Below are positions 56,276-64,000 of a stretch of DNA of 64,000 nt, piece by piece; position 1 is the first letter of the stretch; every line of letters begins with the position of its first letter. This DNA is from a virus. Taxonomy: Duplodnaviria; Caudoviricetes. The notes beneath the pieces are model-generated. The model was given only the letters and a program-made list of their open reading frames with translations, was not told the DNA's origin and made no database searches. The stretch is taken from IMG/VR virus record IMGVR_UViG_3300046819_000361; one strand, 5' to 3'. Both the position numbers and the translations under genes were made by a program.

Positions 56276-57564
56276 AATCCAAATCTCCCACGTAGCGCAT
56301 TGAAGTTTTGTTTGATTTCTAATTCAGTTAATGTACGATTATACATCTTAACATTGCTAATATTGGATTTGGAATAATACGAATAACTACCAACATTAGC
56401 AGCACCAATACGCAATACACTTTGAACCCCAGTAAATGGAACAGTATCTATTGTATCGGTTTTTTTCAACACTCCATTTAGATAAGTTTTAAAAATTGAA
56501 CCACTTTTAGTAACAACAACTTGAAACCAATTTCCAACTATTATATCGGTACCAATAACCAAACTAGTTGTATTAGGGTTAGCTGGCCCGGTATTAGTCC
56601 ACACACTATATCGAAGTGTGGTAGAATTATATAAGAACATACAATGAAACCCTTGATATGCAATTAATGCGCTAAAAGATTCGGTTGCATCATAATTCCC
56701 AGGAGCAGAATCATTAATTCTAGCCCATACTTCTGTGGTATGATCATTATACAAATAGGTTTGAGAGCTTAATAATCCGCTTGTTGTTACTTTAGCATAA
56801 CCACCAATTTTGGTAGATGCGTCACGAGTAAAATTGATTGAGTTAGTAGTATTGTCATAAGAATAATACGATGGATTATTTAATGTAAAATTATAACCAT
56901 TTCCACTAGTATCTAATAATGAGGTACTTCTAGCTATAGCTGTGGATATGGTTTTTGTATAATCGGTTAATGATGTGTCGATTTCTAATTGTGCACCCCA
57001 TAAATAAATACCGGATACACCATCCCCGGTGGCAGTCCCATTCCCATTAGCGTCGCCCAAACTAATTTGAAGATTATATGAACCTGATACTGTAGCAGTA
57101 AAAGTAATATAACATCTATACCAATCATTTGACGCATTAACGATTGTAGTTTGCGAACCAGCAACAGTGCCTGCGGCCAGGTTAATTAAACTACCTGCAC
57201 CCATGTATGCATTTGGTGATGAATTAGCAGTATCAAACCATATCATCGCATTGGTGAACCCAGCTTGTTTTAAATATATACTAAAAATGTAAGTAGTACC
57301 AGCAGTAAACCCTGAATAAGTTTGGTATGTAGATTTCCTGCTAGTTATACCATTATTACCAATTAATTTATCAGCAGTAAAATAGCCATTAGGATCAACC
57401 GCAGCATTTGCGGAAATTGTTGTACTAGTTCTACTCCAAACAACATTGCTAAAATCTTCACTATATCGCAATAAATTTTCATACTTATTATAACTTTTCG
57501 GATTAGCAGCATCTAAACATAATAATAGATTACTGGTAACGACAGATGGAGAATGAGATAACAT
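56272..57564 (-). CDS. LamG/concanavalin-A-like lectin domain virion protein
   Basis: LLLCLDAANPKS, inserted NLLRYSE...WGAQLE module, YNRTL...QNFNALRGRFGL. Confidence 0.75.
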   Translation of the reverse strand: MLSHSPSVVTSNLLLCLDAANPKSYNKYENLLRYSEDFSNVVWSRTSTTISANAAVDPNGYFTADKLIGNNGITSRKSTYQTYSGFTAGTTYIFSIYLKQAGFTNAMIWFDTANSSPNAYMGAGSLINLAAGTVAGSQTTIVNASNDWYRCYITFTATVSGSYNLQISLGDANGNGTATGDGVSGIYLWGAQLEIDTSLTDYTKTISTAIARSTSLLDTSGNGYNFTLNNPSYYSYDNTTNSINFTRDASTKIGGYAKVTTSGLLSSQTYLYNDHTTEVWARINDSAPGNYDATESFSALIAYQGFHCMFLYNSTTLRYSVWTNTGPANPNTTSLVIGTDIIVGNWFQVVVTKSGSIFKTYLNGVLKKTDTIDTVPFTGVQSVLRIGAANVGSYSYYSKSNISNVKMYNRTLTELEIKQNFNALRGRFGL

Positions 57565-58727
57565 TATAACCCAACCCTTCCGCGAATTGCGTTAAAATTC
57601 TGATCAATTTCTGCCTGAGATAATTGCTTATTGTATATTTTAAATGTTATCAAATCCATAGGAATTTTATAACTAGAATTATCCAACCAACCAGATATTC
57701 TACCAGTACCTGCAGTAAAATTACGAGGCGTTGCGTGTTGAGTACCAGCCGTTTGTGATAATGTTTGATTAACAGTATCAATGTACATTTTATTACTTGT
57801 ATAGGGGTTACTTGATAGTGATGTATTATTGACCATTACAAAACAATAATGTTTCCAGGTATTCAATAACCCAAGATTTGTTGTTTGAGTTGACGTTAAC
57901 CCATATCGATCGCTTGCTCCGGTATTAAATCCCATGTACCCTCCAACCGCATAAACATCATAACCAGAGAAGCCAAATGGCATAACACCATTTAAACTTT
58001 TTAATTTTGCTACCATTTCAACAGTAATAACATCACCTAACGTTCCTGCGGAAAAATCTGCGTAATTAGTAGAACCATCAAACGTTAACATATTTGAACC
58101 AAATACCGGACTAGCATACAAAGTTGCATTTGTTGGAGTTATAAGATTAGTCCAGTTTGCTCTATTTGGATTAGTAAATGAATTAAAGGTGGTAGCAGAT
58201 GAAGAACGTTCTACTTGAACGCCATCCCACCAAATAATATTTCCAGTGCCGCCAGAATTAGTTCCGTCTAATCGAATAGCAATACCTACTGTATTAGCAT
58301 TTGAAAAAGTAGTTGTAAACGATACTCGCGTCCAATCTGGAGTTATATTAATTGCCCCAGATGGTGCTTCAACATATCCATTGGATGAATTTAATCCTAA
58401 TATAAACAATTGTCCTGTTGTAGTTACAGAACCTTTTACATATGCGCTAACAGTCCAGGATTGACCAGATGCAGCATCAGCTAATTTTATATCTGTTGTA
58501 TTTTGAAAGGGATCGTCCCCGGTAATTACCATTTTCATCGGTGTATTACCAACAGGTGAACTCATAGATGTATCACGAGATATTGTAGCACGAGATGCAC
58601 TAGTCTTCCATCCATACAAATCCGTTGGGTTAGGATGTACGTTTGGACTAAAACTTTTTGGATTAGCTGCATCTAAATGCAATACTAATCCATCTGTGAC
58701 AATAGATGGATTATAAGATATTCCCAT
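57564..58727 (-). CDS. LamG/concanavalin-A-like lectin domain virion protein
   Basis: DGLVLHLDAANPKS, CBM-like insert, IYNKQLS...QNFNAIRGRVGL. Confidence 0.75.
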   Translation of the reverse strand: MGISYNPSIVTDGLVLHLDAANPKSFSPNVHPNPTDLYGWKTSASRATISRDTSMSSPVGNTPMKMVITGDDPFQNTTDIKLADAASGQSWTVSAYVKGSVTTTGQLFILGLNSSNGYVEAPSGAINITPDWTRVSFTTTFSNANTVGIAIRLDGTNSGGTGNIIWWDGVQVERSSSATTFNSFTNPNRANWTNLITPTNATLYASPVFGSNMLTFDGSTNYADFSAGTLGDVITVEMVAKLKSLNGVMPFGFSGYDVYAVGGYMGFNTGASDRYGLTSTQTTNLGLLNTWKHYCFVMVNNTSLSSNPYTSNKMYIDTVNQTLSQTAGTQHATPRNFTAGTGRISGWLDNSSYKIPMDLITFKIYNKQLSQAEIDQNFNAIRGRVGL

Positions 58728-61700
58728 CTAAAACTCCACTTCCATATCGTCTATATCTTTTCTAATAGCAGTAAATGACCAATAAAATGCATATTCTTTT
58801 CGATCAAAACAATTCCTATTCATACCAACTGTAAAACAATCATTTTCAATATCTATGCTATCAACCCAAAGAACTTTATTATGTTTAATATTGGTTATTT
58901 GAACTTGGCTTCCTGCTATTTTTACCAACCCATGAATATAATCGGGCAATTTAATAATTACCGATATGCCAGATATTGTAGCTTCTCCAGTCAATCTAAC
59001 GCCATGGTATGGTGATTCCAAACTACCATAGCGTAAACTCATATTTGGTTTAATTGGATGTTCGATCAAAAATGATTTACTGGTGGCTGCAAAAGACCCA
59101 TTTACGTGTAATTTATATAATGGCGTAATCCCGATACCAACAGTGCCATCTGCTTTAATGACAAATGGGGTTGAATCAGGGTTGGCTTCGTCTTCTACCA
59201 CTAATGCATTGCCTGATCCAGTTTGAGTGATTCTTAATGCATCCCCGGATCCTGAACTAGCAACTCGTACTTGTTGGAAAAAATCGGTTGCCGTGCCAAC
59301 CGCTGCCGTATAAGTAGCTATACCAGCACTGCCGACGGTACTACCATCATAATAGGTTGCTGCAGTTAATCCATTACTTTCGGTATATAATTGGATAGTT
59401 ATTAAATATTCTTGCCATTGTATTTCATTGGAGACTTGGATTTCATAATTACCAGTGCTTAATTTAACTGCTCGAATATGACTACCAGGACCGCTGATAT
59501 AACAAGCATCTGGTGTGTCTAAAGTAGTCCCTTCAGTGCGAATACACGCAATATAATATACATATGTGTCTGCATTAATACTTCCTTGTACCGCGTGATT
59601 GGCATTTGGATCAACTATAACAATTTTATATCCAGCCGATGTATAGGTAGCAGTTCCCAGCGCAACAGTGACTATTTTACGCCAAGTTCCTGCTGTAGCA
59701 CTACCGAAATCCAATTTTGTTTGATACATTGACAATGATACTGGTCCTGTAGCACCTTGAATACCAGTAGCTCCAGTGAGGCCAACTAATCCAGATGCAC
59801 CACTAGCTCCTTGCGATCCAGTAGGGCCAGTTGATCCACTAGCGCCTTGAATACCACTAGCTCCTTGAATGCCTGTTGCACCACTAGCTCCTTGTACACC
59901 ACTAGCACCTCTAATACCAGTTGCGCCACTGGCGCCTTGAATGCCACTGGTACCTTGAATACCAGTTGCGCCACTAGCGCCTTGAATACCAGTTGCACCA
60001 CTAGCTCCTTGGGGACCATACGCATATAATGCTGCTGAAATCCAGGTGCCTGATCCCGATCCGTTGATATTTTGTGAAGTGGTGTTTGCTGTATATGCAG
60101 TAACTTCTACATAGTCGGTTGTGCCGTTAAAATAAGCAATTGTAGATAAATTTTGACCATACCCTGCACCTGTTAAAATCTGTGTTTGATCAATTCCAAG
60201 TTGTGTACTTCCGTTCTTTCTTAATTGGATATTAGATTGTTGGGTTGTGATAGCACCAGCATCCCACCACACTGCAACATTGATATTATAATAACCAGCA
60301 ATATTAGGTTTAAATTGACTGGATGTTAACCAGTTATTAGGATCAAAATCATCAACGAATGTAACAACTTGATCAGATCCGCTAGTGATAGTTTGAGCTG
60401 TTCCATTTTTAACACCGCGAACTACATACGAGCCAGCAGTTAAAAATCCGCCATTTGCACCGCTTGCTCCCTGTATACCAGTTGCACCGCTTGCACCAAC
60501 TCCAGTTGCACCAACACCACTTGCGCCTTGGGTCCCGGTTGCACCTTGCAATCCTTGTACCCCAGTAGCACCAGTGATACCAGTAGAACCACTAGCACCT
60601 TGTGTCCCAGTAGCGCCAGTTAATCCTACAGATCCACTAGCACCTTGAATACCACTAGAACCTTGAATACCAGATGCGCCTTGAATACCTGATGCACCTT
60701 GAACGCCACTAGCACCTCTAATACCGGTTGCACCACTTGCACCCTGAATACCAGATGCGCCTTGAATACCTGATGCACCTTGAACGCCACTAGCACCTCT
60801 AATACCGGTTGCACCACTTGCACCCTGAATACCAGATGCACCTTGAATACCAGATGCGCCTTGAATACCAGATGCGCCTTGAATACCACTAGCACCTTGA
60901 ATACCACTTGCACCACTAGCACCTTGAATACCACTGGCGCCTTGTAATCCGGTATCGCCTTTATCACCTGTTCTAGCAAAAGTTATAATTACATCTAACC
61001 CATTAGTCAATGAAGTAGTTCCGGAGATATAACTAACTGGGACCTTAAAATAATTCCCCGATTGTGTTAAAGTACCAGTGATAGCAAACATTGAATATAT
61101 TGATTCATTCACTTCGTCTTTGATTGAGAAATGCCCTTTTATAGCAGAAGTGGAATCATCAATTGTTAATAATAAATTAGTTGCTACAATGCTATTGTGA
61201 TCAGTATTATTGATGTATAATACCGTGGCACTAGAAAAAATAGAATTATTAAATTTTAAATAACCAGTACCTGGGTCGGTATCGGCGGTATTAGTTGAAT
61301 AGAAATAATCAAGAGCAGCACCACCGAAGGAACCTTGCGGACCAGTAGCACCGGTAATACCAGTAGAACCACTAGCGCCTTGAATACCACTAGCACCTTG
61401 AACGCCACTAGCACCTTGAATACCAGATGCGCCTTGAATACCAGATGCCCCTTGAATACCACTTGCGCCTTGAATTCCTTGAGTACCAGATGCGCCTTGA
61501 ATACCACTTGCGCCTTGATTGCCTTGAGTTCCAGTAGCACCTGTAATCCCTGTTGATCCACTAGCGCCTTGGGTACCAGTTGCCCCAGTTAAACCAGATG
61601 ATCCGCTGGCTCCTTGAATACCTTGTATACCTGATGCGCCTTGAACACCACTAGCTCCTCGGATACCACTTGCGCCTTGGATGCCACTTGCTCCCTGGGC

Positions 61701-64000
61701 ACCACTCGCACCGATTACGCCGGTAGCACCACTTGCGCCTTGTGGACCATCTGGTCCAGCAGATCCAGTGGGACCGATTGGACCAGATGGTCCTACTAAT
61801 CCAGTTTGACCAATTGGGCCCGTAGATCCTGTATAACCAATCGAGCCACTAGCACCTTGAATACCAGATGCGCCCCTGATACCAGTTGCACCACTAGCAC
61901 CCTGAATACCAGTTGCACCACTAGCACCCTGAATACCAGATGCCCCTTGAATACCACTTGCGCCTTGAATACCAGATGCGCCCCTGATACCAGTTGCACC
62001 ACTAGCACCTTGAATTCCACTTGCGCCTTGAATTCCTTGAGTACCAGATGCGCCTTGAATACCAGTTGCGCCTTGAATTCCTTGAGTACCAGATGCGCCT
62101 TGAATACCAGTTGCACCACTAGCACCTTGAATACCAGATGCGCCTTGAATACCAGTTGCACCACTAGCACCTTGTAATCCGGTATCGCCTTTGTCACCTG
62201 TTCTAGCAAAAGTTATTATTACATCTAAATCATTAGTCAATGAAGTGGTGCCAGAAATATAGCTAACTGGTACTTTAAAATAATTACCTGATTCAGTATG
62301 ATATCCGGTAATAGCAAACATTGTATACGTTGCTTCATTTAATTCGTCTTTGATTGAGAAATGCCCTTTTATAGCAGATGTCGAATCATCAATTGTTTGT
62401 AATAAATTAGTTGCAATTATGCTATTATGATCAGTGTTATTAATATATAATACGGTAGCGCTTGATAAAGTAGTGTTATTAAATTTTAAATATCCGGTAC
62501 CAGGGTCGGAATCTATTATGTTAGTGGAATAGTAATAATCTAGTGCAGTTCCACCAAATGAACCTTGCGGACCAGTCGCGCCAGAAATACCAGTAGAACC
62601 ACTAGCACCTTGGATACCAGATGCCCCTTGAATACCACTAGCACCTTGTGGACCAGTAGCACCAGTTAACCCGATAACCCCGCTAGCACCTTGAATACCT
62701 GATGCACCTTGAATACCAGATGCCCCTTGAATACCACTAGCACCTTGAATACCACTTGCACCTCTAATACCGGTTGCACCACTAGCACCTTGAATACCAG
62801 ATGCCCCTTGAATACCACTAGCACCTCTAATACCGGTTGCACCACTAGCACCTTGAATACCAGATGCACCTTGAACGCCACTAGCACCTTGAATTCCTTG
62901 AATTCCTTGAACACCAGTTGCACCTGTATACCCAATTACACCACTGGCACCTTGAATACCAGTTGCTCCACTAGCACCCTGTATTCCTTGTGATCCTAAA
63001 GTACCTTGGGATCCACTTGCACCTTGGACACCCTGCGTACCTGATGCTCCCTGTACTCCCTGTGCACCAGTTGCACCGGTAATCCCAGTTGATCCACTTG
63101 CACCTTGAGTTCCAGTAGCACCAGTTAATCCTGTATATCCACTAGCTCCTTGGATACCTTGAATACCACTAGCACCTTGGATACCTTGAATACCACTAGC
63201 TCCCTGTACTCCCTGCGCACCAGTAGCACCTGTGATACCAGTAGAACCACTAGCACCTTGTGTTCCAGTAGCACCAGTTAATCCTATAGATCCACTAGCA
63301 CCTTGAATACCACTAGCACCTTGAATACCACTAGCACCTCTAATACCGGTTGCACCACTAGCACCTTGAATACCAGATGCCCCTTGAATACCTGATGCAC
63401 CTTGAATACCAGATGCGCCTTGAATACCACTGGCACCTCTAATACCGGTTGCACCACTAGCACCTTGAATACCAGATGCCCCTTGAACACCACTTGCACC
63501 TTGGATACCAGATGCACCTTGGATACCAGAAGCACCTTGAATACCACTAGCACCCTGAATACCAGATGCACCTTGTAATCCGGTATCGCCTTTATCACCT
63601 GTTCTAGCAAAAGTTATAATTACATCTAATCCATTAGTCAATGAAGTAGTTCCGGAGATATAACTAACTGGTACCTTAAAATAATTGCCCAGCTGGATTG
63701 AATCACCAGTGATAGCAAACATTGAATATATTGATTCATTCACTTCGTCTTTGATTGAGAAATGCCCTTTTATAGCAGATGTCGAATCATCAATTGTTAA
63801 TAATAAATTAGTTGCTACTATATTATTATGATCAGTATTATTGATGTATAATACTGTGGCGCTTGATAATGAAGTTGTGTTGAATTTTAAATAACCAGTA
63901 CCTGGGTCGGTATCGGCGGTATTAGTTGAATAGAAATAATCAAGAGCAGCACCACCGAAGGAACCTTGCGGACCAGTAGCACCGGTAATACCAGTAGAAC
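58728..64000 (-). CDS. Collagen-like fibre protein (5' end outside window)
   Basis: Extensive Gly-X-Y (GASGIQ) tracts separated by repeated globular domains; C-terminal KSFLIEHP...LRYGSLESP domain; frame open to the window edge. Confidence 0.85.
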   Translation of the reverse strand, partial: STGITGATGPQGSFGGAALDYFYSTNTADTDPGTGYLKFNTTSLSSATVLYINNTDHNNIVATNLLLTIDDSTSAIKGHFSIKDEVNESIYSMFAITGDSIQLGNYFKVPVSYISGTTSLTNGLDVIITFARTGDKGDTGLQGASGIQGASGIQGASGIQGASGIQGASGVQGASGIQGASGATGIRGASGIQGASGIQGASGIQGASGIQGASGATGIRGASGIQGASGIQGASGSIGLTGATGTQGASGSTGITGATGAQGVQGASGIQGIQGASGIQGIQGASGYTGLTGATGTQGASGSTGITGATGAQGVQGASGTQGVQGASGSQGTLGSQGIQGASGATGIQGASGVIGYTGATGVQGIQGIQGASGVQGASGIQGASGATGIRGASGIQGASGIQGASGATGIRGASGIQGASGIQGASGIQGASGIQGASGVIGLTGATGPQGASGIQGASGIQGASGSTGISGATGPQGSFGGTALDYYYSTNIIDSDPGTGYLKFNNTTLSSATVLYINNTDHNSIIATNLLQTIDDSTSAIKGHFSIKDELNEATYTMFAITGYHTESGNYFKVPVSYISGTTSLTNDLDVIITFARTGDKGDTGLQGASGATGIQGASGIQGASGATGIQGASGTQGIQGATGIQGASGTQGIQGASGIQGASGATGIRGASGIQGASGIQGASGIQGASGATGIQGASGATGIRGASGIQGASGSIGYTGSTGPIGQTGLVGPSGPIGPTGSAGPDGPQGASGATGVIGASGAQGASGIQGASGIRGASGVQGASGIQGIQGASGSSGLTGATGTQGASGSTGITGATGTQGNQGASGIQGASGTQGIQGASGIQGASGIQGASGIQGASGVQGASGIQGASGSTGITGATGPQGSFGGAALDYFYSTNTADTDPGTGYLKFNNSIFSSATVLYINNTDHNSIVATNLLLTIDDSTSAIKGHFSIKDEVNESIYSMFAITGTLTQSGNYFKVPVSYISGTTSLTNGLDVIITFARTGDKGDTGLQGASGIQGASGASGIQGASGIQGASGIQGASGIQGASGIQGASGATGIRGASGVQGASGIQGASGIQGASGATGIRGASGVQGASGIQGASGIQGSSGIQGASGSVGLTGATGTQGASGSTGITGATGVQGLQGATGTQGASGVGATGVGASGATGIQGASGANGGFLTAGSYVVRGVKNGTAQTITSGSDQVVTFVDDFDPNNWLTSSQFKPNIAGYYNINVAVWWDAGAITTQQSNIQLRKNGSTQLGIDQTQILTGAGYGQNLSTIAYFNGTTDYVEVTAYTANTTSQNINGSGSGTWISAALYAYGPQGASGATGIQGASGATGIQGTSGIQGASGATGIRGASGVQGASGATGIQGASGIQGASGSTGPTGSQGASGASGLVGLTGATGIQGATGPVSLSMYQTKLDFGSATAGTWRKIVTVALGTATYTSAGYKIVIVDPNANHAVQGSINADTYVYYIACIRTEGTTLDTPDACYISGPGSHIRAVKLSTGNYEIQVSNEIQWQEYLITIQLYTESNGLTAATYYDGSTVGSAGIATYTAAVGTATDFFQQVRVASSGSGDALRITQTGSGNALVVEDEANPDSTPFVIKADGTVGIGITPLYKLHVNGSFAATSKSFLIEHPIKPNMSLRYGSLESPYHGVRLTGEATISGISVIIKLPDYIHGLVKIAGSQVQITNIKHNKVLWVDSIDIENDCFTVGMNRNCFDRKEYAFYWSFTAIRKDIDDMEVEF
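59740..64000 (-). repeat. 18-nt collagen-coding tandem repeats plus three copies of a ~400-bp domain
   Basis: ACCTTGAATACCACTAGC-type units; domain copies at about 60940-61370, 62170-62600 and 63570-64000. Confidence 0.85.

Noticed and set aside
49038-63610. Numerous alternative-frame and antisense ORFs (LVFKAH..., NTSCTT..., LVPLVP...)
   Set aside because: Shadows of collagen-coding repeats, with no independent RBS or promoter
55025-64000. Diversity-generating retroelement acting on fibre or lectin genes
   Set aside because: No reverse transcriptase in the window; duplicated segments are all coding and not visibly adenine-specific variants

Overview
AT-rich segment of a large T4-like (myovirus-type) bacteriophage genome, almost all on the minus strand. 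It carries many TAAATA late-promoter motifs and near-consensus sigma70 promoters. Contents from left to right: (1) a Ter/TelA stress cluster; (2) a circularly permuted two-piece tmRNA gene with an unannotated basic micro-ORF and a structured leader; (3) small membrane paralogues interrupted by an HNH gene; (4) a curli-like operon (csgF, csgG, curlin, FecR-domain protein, PA14-curlin) followed by RimK and a CHASE2 adenylate cyclase; (5) heme oxygenase plus bilin reductase, ClpS, Hsp20 and DnaK, the last two with ROSE-like leaders; (6) a helicase-methyltransferase fusion, bS21, and RlpA behind a highly structured leader; (7) PAAR and a tail-tip/fibre module; (8) glutaredoxin, nrdB, and an nrdA split in two by a GIY-YIG gene, with Hint-like tails; (9) head-associated genes with a candidate -1 frameshift; (10) very long repeat-rich tail fibres, three LamG paralogues and a collagen-like fibre running off the right edge. 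All calls come from motif recognition by eye; no searches were run.
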